From positions 1,639,288 through 1,703,287 of the forward strand of contig CP112999.1 in assembly GCA_026625165.1 (NCBI GenBank): 64,000 bases of DNA. Reading direction: 5' to 3'. This DNA comes from Methanoregula sp. GTDB taxonomy: Archaea > Halobacteriota > Methanomicrobia > Methanomicrobiales > Methanospirillaceae. Within the stretch, counting starts at the first letter, position 1. Each line of letters begins with the position of its first letter. Of this stretch, positions 9,921-18,399 are shown in pieces. The position numbers and the translations under genes are program-made. Below the pieces are notes generated by a model. That model was given only the letters and a program-made list of their open reading frames with translations, was not told where the DNA came from and searched no databases.

Positions 9921-10089
9921 GCAGAAAATTGAGAGATTAAAACAGATAATCGAAAAGATTGAAGACGGAAGCACAAGCCTTGACGAGAGCATCCGGCTCT
10001 ATGAACAGGGAGCGGCGCTGGTGAAGCAATGCGAGACGCTCCTTTCCGAAGCACAGGTAAAGATCACCACGCTCAGCCGGGACCCCTGA
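9904..10089 (+). CDS. xseB: Exodeoxyribonuclease VII small subunit
   Basis: 61 aa (YEQKIERLKQIIEKIEDGSTSLDESIRLYEQGAALVKQC), a typical XseB helix hairpin. It overlaps the xseA 3' end by 17 nt. Confidence 0.75.
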   Translation: MTETYEQKIERLKQIIEKIEDGSTSLDESIRLYEQGAALVKQCETLLSEAQVKITTLSRDP

Positions 10090-10501
10090 CGGTCATTGTC
10101 ACAACCATTGGCCGTCCTGCCTTCAGGTGAGTGATAATGGTTATGGGGAGCGTCGCTGCAACATGGTCCGAATGGATACCAATGGTCCTGCCGCAGACAA
10201 ACGAACTTTTTCTCCACACACAATCAGTCCTGTGATCGAGTACCATCGCGGCACTCCCTTCTGACTGCACCTCGATAATAAAACCTTCACAGGCGAGGGT
10301 TGTTGTAAGCTTTGCACCATCACGACAGAGGATATCCCTGAATTCTGTTGAGAGCCCAGCTGCTCCTTTATCCGCTCCCACACCGATGATACAGTGCCCG
10401 TTTTCCGATAGCTCCTCTTCCATGGTCACTTCAAATGTTGTCGGGTGGCTCGCTGATACGAGCGGGTGACCCCGGCAGCGGATGATTTCGGTTGCCTCCA
10501 T
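10073..10501 (-). CDS. DUF371-like conserved archaeal protein
   Basis: 142 aa whose N-terminus (IRCRGHPLVSASHPTTFEVT) is recalled as typical of DUF371. The assignment is by memory only. Confidence 0.5.
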   Translation of the reverse strand: MEATEIIRCRGHPLVSASHPTTFEVTMEEELSENGHCIIGVGADKGAAGLSTEFRDILCRDGAKLTTTLACEGFIIEVQSEGSAAMVLDHRTDCVWRKSSFVCGRTIGIHSDHVAATLPITIITHLKAGRPMVVTMTVRGPG

Positions 10502-10534
10502 GCTTTATTAGGTGAGGGTCGCTATTGATAATCA

Positions 10535-11110
10535 ATGTTTATTACCGGCTACTGCCCTGAATGCAAGGAGGAGTGCGAACACGAGGTTATTGCAGATGCC
10601 CGGGACAGGCTGGTCCGGTGCACGACCTGCAACCATGTCCAGCGGCTTAAACAGGAGAGAACTTCCGAACCCATAACCGTCAAGGCGATCGTTTCCCGCG
10701 AAGATAGTTCGATAGTATGTGGGATTGACCTTATGCCGGACGACGAATGCTCGATCGATGATCACCTTGTGGCGGAATGTGGCGATGACGCCTTTGGCGT
10801 CGAGATCACGGGAATCGAGACTGGTGAACGGCGGGTCCAGCGTGCCCGTGCAAAGGCGATAACATCCCTCTGGACAAGGGTGATCGAACAGGTGGTCGTC
10901 AAGATCTCGGTCCATGACGGCAGAAAAACCATCCCGTTGTATAAGGAATGTGAGGGGGAGGATACGTTTGTCGTCGGGGAAATCTATACGGTTCAGCAAA
11001 AACGTTTCAAGATAACCCAACTCAAACTGCGGGACGGCCCCCTTATGCGAAAAGAGGGCTGGAAAACTGTTGCGCACCGGATCAAACGGGTTTACGGATA
11101 CCGGTTATAG
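10535..11110 (+). CDS. Zinc-finger protein (N-terminal CPxC...CxxC ribbon; HVO_0476-like)
   Basis: 191 aa beginning MFITGYCPECKEECEHEVI...VRCTTCNHV. The family name is from memory. Confidence 0.5.
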   Translation: MFITGYCPECKEECEHEVIADARDRLVRCTTCNHVQRLKQERTSEPITVKAIVSREDSSIVCGIDLMPDDECSIDDHLVAECGDDAFGVEITGIETGERRVQRARAKAITSLWTRVIEQVVVKISVHDGRKTIPLYKECEGEDTFVVGEIYTVQQKRFKITQLKLRDGPLMRKEGWKTVAHRIKRVYGYRL

Positions 11111-11365
11111 GTATTTTTTTATCGCGCCTTCGAGCTGCTCGCGTTGCACCATACCCTCGAACCGCTCTTTTTGTATCCCATCCTTTTCGATTACAATGGT
11201 AGGTGTCACCTTGAGGGAATATTTTTTAATATATTCCGGCGCTTTCACTGCATCGATCTCATCAATAGTGACCTGAAGAGCCTGTGATACTTCGCGGTTG
11301 ATCGGGCTCTGTTCCATGCAGCCCATGCAGCCGGGCTGGAAAAAACAAATGATGCTAACTGCCAT
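11105..11365 (-). CDS. Small thioredoxin-fold protein (CxxC)
   Basis: 86 aa from the ATG at 11365, with FFQPGCMGC followed by VTPTIVIEKDG, a thioredoxin/glutaredoxin-like pattern. The longer TTG-initiated track ORF would overlap the neighbouring gene. Confidence 0.6.
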   Translation of the reverse strand: MAVSIICFFQPGCMGCMEQSPINREVSQALQVTIDEIDAVKAPEYIKKYSLKVTPTIVIEKDGIQKERFEGMVQREQLEGAIKKYL

Positions 11366-11414
11366 AGGTAAAGGAATGCACCAACGGAAATAAAAAGGAT
11401 GTGGTGGGTTGAAT

Positions 11415-12104
11415 TTAGCGGTTGCTGATAGAAACAACCCGTACATCAATCGTGGGATAACCAAAGTTGATGACGACCCCGTCAGCCGATTTTTTTGTCA
11501 CTTCCCCGATCCGTATCGAGTACGTGGATGCAGTCGAATTTTTTTCAAGTTCCGGGGAATCGGAGACTCCCATGGCAATCATATCCCCGGTCTGGATCTC
11601 GGTCAAGTTCACTCCATTACTCTTCAGCTGGGCGGCAGACCAGGTCTGGGTCATCGAGTCCCGGAAGGGGATACTGATAGATTTTTGTTCATTTGTTTTC
11701 ATACCTACAATACCCTGACTGATAGCATCGGATTCACTGCCGAAAAGCGCGAAGGTTTTTGTCCATCCACTATCAAGTGAATACACAGGTATCGGGATAA
11801 CCGCTTTTATCGAGCTCTGGTTTGCCTGGATGGCGAGTTGTTTTGAAAAAAATATTCCCTGACCTGTACCGGCCACCTGTTGGTAAAGTTGCTGGTCCGT
11901 GGTGACCAGAGGGGACCCCTGAGCATCACGTATGGTGTAATCTATCGTTACGATCTCGCCCGGCTGTATACCGTGGAGCGAGGTGATCCACCCGGAACCC
12001 ATGGATGAGACCACCATGAGTACCACAAACAATACGCACCCAACGACAGCGAGCACCTTGTATATATTCCTGACCTGCTCCTGTTTTTTCTTTTTTTCAC
12101 CCAT
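11415..12104 (-). CDS. Membrane-anchored FKBP-type peptidyl-prolyl isomerase-like protein
   Basis: An N-terminal transmembrane helix (VLAVVGCVLFVVLMVV) is followed by FKBP-like strands (GEIVTIDYTIRDAQG...GIVGMKTNEQKSISIP). Confidence 0.45.
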   Translation of the reverse strand: MGEKKKKQEQVRNIYKVLAVVGCVLFVVLMVVSSMGSGWITSLHGIQPGEIVTIDYTIRDAQGSPLVTTDQQLYQQVAGTGQGIFFSKQLAIQANQSSIKAVIPIPVYSLDSGWTKTFALFGSESDAISQGIVGMKTNEQKSISIPFRDSMTQTWSAAQLKSNGVNLTEIQTGDMIAMGVSDSPELEKNSTASTYSIRIGEVTKKSADGVVINFGYPTIDVRVVSISNR

Positions 12105-12215
12105 GGGAAAAATCCTCCTTCTTAGTACATCCTCCTGTTGAGATAAACCATTCTGATTTGGTTTAAAAAAGGGATTGGTTCTGCCAGAGAAATTATGTAT
12201 ATTACTGGAATAAGA

Positions 12216-12233
12216 AAATTAATTATAAAAAAA
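12216..12233 (+). promoter_or_regulatory. Putative TATA/BRE promoter element of hsp20
   Basis: The AT-rich box aaaattaattataaaaaaa lies ~65-80 nt upstream of the ATG at 12298. A Shine-Dalgarno-like gggaggg sits at 12284-12290. Confidence 0.3.
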
Positions 12234-12297
12234 CTTACCAAAAGTTATCCCAAACGGTGCAGACTGTGGGGAATAATCGTACAGGGAGGGATACATA

Positions 12298-12771
12298 ATG
12301 GTATGGAGACGATATCCGTTTGAAACGATGAGACGGGACATGGAGGAGATGAGAGCTGAACTGGAGAACATTATCCATCAGACATATGCAGAAGGAAAAC
12401 TGCTCCCGCCGGGTGGTGTTGGTGACCGGATGCTCCCTGCACTCCGGGGCGAATTCCGGGTTGATGTCAGGGAACATGACGATGAAGTGGTTGTTGTTGC
12501 CGATTTGCCAGGTGTCGGGAAGGAGAATGTATCAATACAGCTCTTAAACCCGCGGGCGCTGGAGATTGCCTGCGAACACAAAGGGGAGAAAGAGGAGAAA
12601 TCCGAGGGTTATTATATGCGGGAACGTATCTATGGTTCGATGCGACGTATTGTTGCGATGCCTGCTGACGTCACCGAACATGCCTCAAATGCAAGCTTCA
12701 AAAATGGGGTGCTCGAAATCCGGCTCCGGAAAGCAACAATCCAGCCCGGGTCACGCATACAGATCGAATAA
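12298..12771 (+). CDS. hsp20: Small heat-shock protein, Hsp20/alpha-crystallin family
   Basis: 157 aa with an alpha-crystallin domain (DVREHDDEVVVVADLPGV...SFKNGVLEIRLRK). Confidence 0.9.
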   Translation: MVWRRYPFETMRRDMEEMRAELENIIHQTYAEGKLLPPGGVGDRMLPALRGEFRVDVREHDDEVVVVADLPGVGKENVSIQLLNPRALEIACEHKGEKEEKSEGYYMRERIYGSMRRIVAMPADVTEHASNASFKNGVLEIRLRKATIQPGSRIQIE

Positions 12772-12775
12772 ATCG

Positions 12776-12785
12776 TTTTTTTTTT
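12776..12785 (+). terminator. Oligo-T archaeal terminator after hsp20
   Basis: A T10 run begins 5 nt after the hsp20 stop codon. Confidence 0.4.
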
Positions 12786-12822
12786 CGATGAATTCAAGTA
12801 ATCTGCGCCGCAAGCTGTAGTG

Positions 12823-13608
12823 ATGGATAAGAAAAAGGTCAGAGACTACATGACCTACGATGTCGTGTGCGTCGATCTCGACGGCACGGCCCATGATGTC
12901 ATGGAAAAGATCCAGACCACGCACCACGATGGATTCCCGGTTGTTTCTGGAGATGAGGTCGTCGGTTATATTTCAGCACGGGACCTTCTGTTTGTCCAGC
13001 CCCAGACCCCTGTTGAAAAGGTAATGTCCGGCAACCTGATTGTCGCAGATCCCGATATGAGCATCAGTGATGCAGCTCGGGTGATCTTCAGGTCAGGGAT
13101 CCAGAAGCTGCCGGTGGTTGACGAGAAAAACCACCTCTTGGGGATCATCTCAAACTCCGATGTTATCCGTTCCCAGATCGAACGGGTTTCCCCGGAAAAG
13201 GTCTTCAATTTTATTACAACATTAAAAAAACTGTATGGCGTCGACCCTGCACTCAACCGGGGCACCGTGCCGATTTCCGATCTTCTCCCCACTCAGTCAA
13301 AGATTTATGAAGACGAACTTGAGGGAAGGATTTACGAGATCAAAAAAGGGCTCGCCGAACCGATTATTGTGGTAAAGCGCCCGAACCGCATCATCCTTGT
13401 CGACGGGCACCACCGGGCTGTTGCCGCAAAAAAACTTGGGATTACCGCACTTGATGCTTATATAATCGAGATTTCAGAAGATGTGGAACTGGGGATGGAA
13501 CGGACTGCAATCTCGATGAACCTGCACACACTTGACGATATACAGGTTCTCGACTATGCCCGCCATCCGCTTGTCGCGCTCACGCACCGGCTTGGGAAGA
13601 AAAGTTAG
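12823..13608 (+). CDS. CBS-pair / ParB-like nuclease (sulfiredoxin-fold) fusion protein
   Basis: The N-terminus has two CBS motifs (VRDYMTYDVVCV..., KVMSGNLIVADP...). The C-terminus has a ParB/Srx motif (ILVDGHHRAVAAKKLG). Confidence 0.7.
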   Translation: MDKKKVRDYMTYDVVCVDLDGTAHDVMEKIQTTHHDGFPVVSGDEVVGYISARDLLFVQPQTPVEKVMSGNLIVADPDMSISDAARVIFRSGIQKLPVVDEKNHLLGIISNSDVIRSQIERVSPEKVFNFITTLKKLYGVDPALNRGTVPISDLLPTQSKIYEDELEGRIYEIKKGLAEPIIVVKRPNRIILVDGHHRAVAAKKLGITALDAYIIEISEDVELGMERTAISMNLHTLDDIQVLDYARHPLVALTHRLGKKS

Positions 13609-14783
13609 GAGCCCTCATATCTGAGGTCGAATTTTTCATTCAGCACGTGCTCTTTGACAATACTCCCATCCGGAATGATCACTTCTGGCCAGATCCGGGT
13701 CTTTGAATGCACAACAACATTGTCCCGGAGCACCACGCGTGGCCCGATCACCGTGTCGTTCTCGATGCTGCAATCCCCACCGATATGGGTGTCGATATCG
13801 ATGATACTACCGGAGATAGTGGAATTCGCACCGACGATCACCCTGTTATAGAGGGATGATGAAAAGATCTTGACATTATTTCTCAGGATGCATTTTTCCC
13901 CGATTGTCGTATAGGGCCCGATAAGAACATCATCCCCTACAGTTGTTCCGGCACCGATTGCAACCGGACCTATGATGCGGGAGTTCCGGCCAAGTGTAAT
14001 TGCATCGCCAAGCTCAACAGGGCCCTGCACATGCGCTCCCCGCATGGAGAGGTCCCCGTTGATCGTGGTCGACGCCATATCAGCAAGCTTCCAGCGTTCT
14101 GCCTGACGCAGCGACTGCGGGCTCCCGACATCAGTCCAGTTCCCCCGGGCAAGCCACCCTTTGAGGGGGTGCCCCTCCTCCATGATCCGGGGGAACAGAT
14201 CCCGGGCAAAATCAAACTTTTTTCCAGCAGGGATATGGTCAAAGACTTCAGGAGAGCAGACATACATCCCGGTACTTGCGAGGTTTGAAAATATTTCCCC
14301 GGGAGCGGGTTTCTCTTTGAACCTTTTAATATCGTAACTGACATCGATCTCAGCGATACCATATTCACCCGGGTCATCGATGGATATCAATCCGATAGAT
14401 ACTGCTGCTTTTTCAGTTTTGTGGGCACGGTAAAATTCCAGTACATTCAGGTCGGTGACATGATCCCCGCCCACAACAAGGAAATCCTGCCCGTCCAGAT
14501 ATTTCTGGGCATTTTTCACGCTCCCTGCCGTACCAAGCTTAGTCTTCTCGCGAACATATGTGATTGTGGTATTAAATAACGAGCCGTCGCCAAGTGCTTC
14601 TTCAATTGCCGTCCCAAGATATCCGAGAGTGATGACAATATCACGGAACCCAAGGTTGGAAAGGTGTGTGACCAGATGTTCAATAGATGGTCGGTTGACA
14701 ATCGGGATGCAGGGTTTTGGCCGTTCGAACGTGAGGGGGCGCAGCCGCGTTCCCTCTCCCCCGCACATAATACACACCTTCAT
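13605..14783 (-). CDS. NDP-sugar pyrophosphorylase (nucleotidyltransferase plus left-handed beta-helix)
   Basis: 392 aa with an N-terminal CGGEGTRLRPLT..PKPCIPI motif and C-terminal hexapeptide repeats. Sugar specificity cannot be determined from sequence. Confidence 0.8.
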   Translation of the reverse strand: MKVCIMCGGEGTRLRPLTFERPKPCIPIVNRPSIEHLVTHLSNLGFRDIVITLGYLGTAIEEALGDGSLFNTTITYVREKTKLGTAGSVKNAQKYLDGQDFLVVGGDHVTDLNVLEFYRAHKTEKAAVSIGLISIDDPGEYGIAEIDVSYDIKRFKEKPAPGEIFSNLASTGMYVCSPEVFDHIPAGKKFDFARDLFPRIMEEGHPLKGWLARGNWTDVGSPQSLRQAERWKLADMASTTINGDLSMRGAHVQGPVELGDAITLGRNSRIIGPVAIGAGTTVGDDVLIGPYTTIGEKCILRNNVKIFSSSLYNRVIVGANSTISGSIIDIDTHIGGDCSIENDTVIGPRVVLRDNVVVHSKTRIWPEVIIPDGSIVKEHVLNEKFDLRYEGS

Positions 14784-14965
14784 ACCAGTGTTTTTTGTGC
14801 TGAATTGTTTTAATTATAGTGTTGAACATAACATCCATGACCAGTCGCAGCCTCAAAAGAGGCCAAAATTGGTCTGTATAGGAGTTGGTTGTGTTAACAT
14901 TAAGGTAGAAAACCCAGAGTTTTCGACCAAATACTGATGTCTGATTATTACAGGGAAGATCAGGG

Positions 14966-15232
14966 ATGAAAGATAACCTGTACCGGATAATTCCGGTAAA
15001 GAACGGGAAGGTGCAGTGCCTTGAAAAAAAAGAAGAACCGGTCGATCATTGCCGGTTCTGCATACATGCACGGGAATTTTGTATCGATGGGAGATTTGTA
15101 AAATCCCCCTCGCTTGCCTATTGCACAAAATGCCATGTGACAGATGAAGTCGATTTAAAAAAAGCCGAGTCCGTAAATTGTGCTGACCGTCAGGGCGAGG
15201 GTTTTCACAGCATCGCCAATATTATCGGTTAA
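14966..15232 (+). CDS. Hypothetical small Cys-rich protein (possible zinc ribbon)
   Basis: 88 aa with HCRFC...YCTKCH pairs, lying in an otherwise non-coding 480-nt gap. There is no family recognition. Confidence 0.3.
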   Translation: MKDNLYRIIPVKNGKVQCLEKKEEPVDHCRFCIHAREFCIDGRFVKSPSLAYCTKCHVTDEVDLKKAESVNCADRQGEGFHSIANIIG

Positions 15233-15264
15233 CCTTTAGTGAGAGTAATCTCTGCTTTTTACCA

Positions 15265-16719
15265 TTATTTATTATAATTTTCCGTTGTCAGCCTGACGAT
15301 CTCATCTACATCGACATATCTTTCATAGATTTCAGCAAGTTCGTCATAGGGGTCTTTTTTCCGCGCACTTATTGGTGTATACTTCTCTTTTTTCTTCACA
15401 GAGAGATATGAAAGGAGTGCATTTGCTGCAGACAGGTTCTGGAACAACCCGTGCATATATGTCCCAAACACCAGACCATCTGCACTCACCCTGCCGTCTC
15501 CGGCAAATGCTTCACGGTTGCTGCCCGGATCGGTTTCACCCATATGGATTTCATAACCGGTGACTTCACCCATCCCCGAAAGAATGGGGGGAACATTACG
15601 TGCACAGCGGGTGACCTGCCGTGTGGTCTTGTTATAGGAGATAAACCGGGTTACACCATCGAGCAGACCCAGACCCGCGTATGTCCCTTTTTTCGATTCG
15701 AACCCATCATCAATAAGCGTTTTTCCAAGCATCTGGTACCCGCCGCAAATCCCGATAACCGGAACGCCACGCGACCGGGCATAAAGGATCCTTTTATCCA
15801 TCCCGCTTTTTTTCAGGTCATGCATATCTTCAATGGTATTCTTTGTCCCGGGAATGATAATGCAATCATAACCTTCAAGCGAAGCCCCCAACGGCACATA
15901 CTCAACCGCTGCATACTGTTCGAGCAGCTCGAAATCCGTGAAGTTGGAGATCCGGGGGAGCCTCAAGACTGCAATCCGGATACCAGCATGCCCCGCTTCC
16001 TTGTCGTTGATGGAAAGCGAGTCCTCGCTGGGGAGAGGTAAATCAAAGTACGGGACGACCCCGAGTACCGGGATCCCTGCCCGCTGCTCAATCAATGAGA
16101 TCCCCTGTTCAAAGATCAAGGGATCTCCCCGGAACTTGTTGATAATAATCCCCTTGACCAGTTGTCTGATATCGTCTGGCAAAAGATCGAGTGTCCCGAG
16201 AATCTGGGCAAAGATTCCCCCACGTTCGATATCGGCGACGAGGACCATTGGGATCTTCAGCGCCCGTGCCAATCTTACATTTGCGATATCCCGGTCATAG
16301 AGATTAAGTTCGGCTGCACCTCCAGCACCCTCGACAATGACCTGCCCACATGTTGCGAGGAGCCGTCTGTACGCTCCCACGGCCTGATCCAGCAGATTAT
16401 CAGTCTCCCGGTAGTAGTCCGAGATCGGCACATCCTTATACGGGCGGCCGAAAAGGACAATCTGTGAAACACAGTCCCCTTTAGGTTTGAGAAGGACTGG
16501 GTTCATGTCCGTGTGCGGGAGTATTTTTGCCGCTTGTGCCTGCATTGCCTGCGCCATGCCAATCTCCCCCCCTTCATCAGTCACAAAGGAATTCAGGCTC
16601 ATGTTCTGGGACTTGAACGGAGCCACAGCAATTCCCCGGTTCACGAAGCATCGGCAGATAGCAGCAGCGGTCACACTTTTTCCCACATGTGAGGCGGTAC
16701 CGATCACAAACAATGACAT
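15265..16719 (-). CDS. cobQ: Cobyric acid synthase
   Basis: 484 aa with an N-terminal CobQ/CobB/MinD-type domain (GTASHVGKSV) and a C-terminal GATase-3 domain (GICGGYQMLG...YEIHMG). Confidence 0.9.
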   Translation of the reverse strand: MSLFVIGTASHVGKSVTAAAICRCFVNRGIAVAPFKSQNMSLNSFVTDEGGEIGMAQAMQAQAAKILPHTDMNPVLLKPKGDCVSQIVLFGRPYKDVPISDYYRETDNLLDQAVGAYRRLLATCGQVIVEGAGGAAELNLYDRDIANVRLARALKIPMVLVADIERGGIFAQILGTLDLLPDDIRQLVKGIIINKFRGDPLIFEQGISLIEQRAGIPVLGVVPYFDLPLPSEDSLSINDKEAGHAGIRIAVLRLPRISNFTDFELLEQYAAVEYVPLGASLEGYDCIIIPGTKNTIEDMHDLKKSGMDKRILYARSRGVPVIGICGGYQMLGKTLIDDGFESKKGTYAGLGLLDGVTRFISYNKTTRQVTRCARNVPPILSGMGEVTGYEIHMGETDPGSNREAFAGDGRVSADGLVFGTYMHGLFQNLSAANALLSYLSVKKKEKYTPISARKKDPYDELAEIYERYVDVDEIVRLTTENYNK

Positions 16720-16849
16720 TTATCAAAATATACTTGAGCCGGGCGGTGTAAAAAGGCACCAGTCCGGCCTTATACACAAAGAAACAAAGAGAAGAACTGT
16801 CAGGCAATGCCAAGGAATAAATAAGCAGAAAAGATAAAAAGTAGTCATA

Positions 16850-17155
16850 ATGATTGGTGGGATTTGCCCGACGTGTGGTCTACCGAAAGAACTTTGTATT
16901 TGTGAGGAGGTAGCAAAAGAACAGCAAAGGATCAATGTAAAGGTCAATAAACGCCGGTACGGGAAAGAAGTCACCGTAATCGAAGGGCTCGACCCGACCG
17001 ATATTGACCTTGAAGACCTCTCAAAATTCATGAAAAGCAAGCTTGCCTGCGGGGGAACTGTCAAGGGAAACTCGATCGAACTGCAGGGCAATCACCGGGA
17101 CCGTGTCAAGGAACTGCTCACCGTAAAGGGCTATTCTGTCGATAATATTTCCTGA
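16850..17155 (+). CDS. sui1: Translation initiation factor SUI1 (aSUI1/eIF1)
   Basis: 101 aa with an N-terminal Cys cluster ([13 protein letters not shown]) followed by the SUI1 fold ([14 protein letters not shown]...LACGGTV). Confidence 0.9.
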   Translation: MIGGICPTCGLPKELCICEEVAKEQQRINVKVNKRRYGKEVTVIEGLDPTDIDLEDLSKFMKSKLACGGTVKGNSIELQGNHRDRVKELLTVKGYSVDNIS

Positions 17156-17360
17156 TGATTTTATATTTTTTCTTCTAAAAAATTGTTTTTATTATTTACT
17201 GTCCCTTATTTTGGGACGGGTTTATCGCATTTTTATGGGATGTCTCATTTGGGCTTCCACAAATAAGACTGACACTGGCAGTACGGTAACATAACCTGCG
17301 GAATCTTTCTTCAATAGGAAAAGATTGTGAAACAGGGAATGATTGAAGTCCCGAAAAAAA

Positions 17361-18398
17361 TTAAATGAAGAACCGGAACGTCACCCATGCGATGATGAGC
17401 ATTATAGCAGAATATTTAAGTCCGGCAATAATCCTTCCTTCGCCCATTACCCCTGCCATGAACCCGGAACAGAACCCTTGGATCATCGCTCCATGGGAAA
17501 AGAGCCTCTTGTAGGTTGCAATATTAACGCCGCCCATAAACGATCCCCCGGCACCGGATTTGGCGGCTGCTTCACCGGCGGTTGCCATCGTTGTAAGGAA
17601 TGTACTGACAAGGATTGCGATAACAAACAGGAACACAGCAAATGAGACCAGGACGATGACTACATAGATCATCATGTTGTTGCGCCGTTCCTGGGCAAGG
17701 TTAACAACTTCAAAAAGGTCGTTTGCCGCAGCCCGCAATACCTCGCTCACATCGCCCCCTGCTTTGCTTGCCTTTGCTATAAGATCCACGCTGCGATCGG
17801 CAAGTTTGGTGCCAAGACCACTCCCGAAATGATGGAGCGCCTCGACAAAACCAACACCCCATGACATCTCGTTGTCCAGTTTCTTGATGTGCGGGGTTAG
17901 TGTCCCGTACTCGGCTCCTGCGACAAGGTGAACGGCATTGGGGAGCGTCATACCGGAATCGTTCATTCCGGCAAGATCACGGAAGAAGTTGGGTAACGAT
18001 TCCTCGAGTCTTTTTACACGGAAGTCCTCTTTCAAATCGAGCAATGCAAGGGGTACAATTGCAATCAGGATTGCAAACACAAGAAAATCATCAATGATAG
18101 TGGTGTCAAAGAGTACGGAAATCCCGTATGTCCGAACTTCTGTAATAAAACCCCCGAAAAAGACGATTATCGATAGAGGGATACACACAATCAGAATATT
18201 AACCGGTTTTTCAGTCAATACCTTGACCGGGTGTTTGAAAAACCGCCCGATACCCTCGCGGGTTTTGTGTTCCTGATCGATTTTTTTGGTGATCTCGTGG
18301 ACTTCTTCCTTGACCTTTACAAGATCCTTATCAGGGAGTTTTGTCCCTTTGAACTTCCCGCGGTTGAGCAGGTTATTAATAGTCTCCTTCATTCCCAT
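17361..18398 (-). CDS. Type II secretion system F (TadC/FlaJ-like) membrane platform protein, second half-gene
   Basis: 345 aa, polytopic, with one T2SSF-like cytoplasmic helical domain (GMTLPNAVHLVAG...VEALHHF). It starts 1 nt after the previous gene ends. Confidence 0.75.
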   Translation of the reverse strand: MGMKETINNLLNRGKFKGTKLPDKDLVKVKEEVHEITKKIDQEHKTREGIGRFFKHPVKVLTEKPVNILIVCIPLSIIVFFGGFITEVRTYGISVLFDTTIIDDFLVFAILIAIVPLALLDLKEDFRVKRLEESLPNFFRDLAGMNDSGMTLPNAVHLVAGAEYGTLTPHIKKLDNEMSWGVGFVEALHHFGSGLGTKLADRSVDLIAKASKAGGDVSEVLRAAANDLFEVVNLAQERRNNMMIYVVIVLVSFAVFLFVIAILVSTFLTTMATAGEAAAKSGAGGSFMGGVNIATYKRLFSHGAMIQGFCSGFMAGVMGEGRIIAGLKYSAIMLIIAWVTFRFFI

Positions 18399-18399
18399 G

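Noticed and set aside
11366-11464. A 33-codon TTG-initiated N-terminal extension of the thioredoxin-fold ORF.
   Set aside because: It would overlap the 3' end of the FKBP-like gene by 50 nt and adds a non-thioredoxin sequence. The ATG at 11365 gives a standard ~86-aa CxxC protein.
16723-17091. A 122-aa minus-strand ORF overlapping SUI1.
   Set aside because: It is antisense to a clearly conserved SUI1 gene and has a Ser/Leu/Phe-rich shadow composition.
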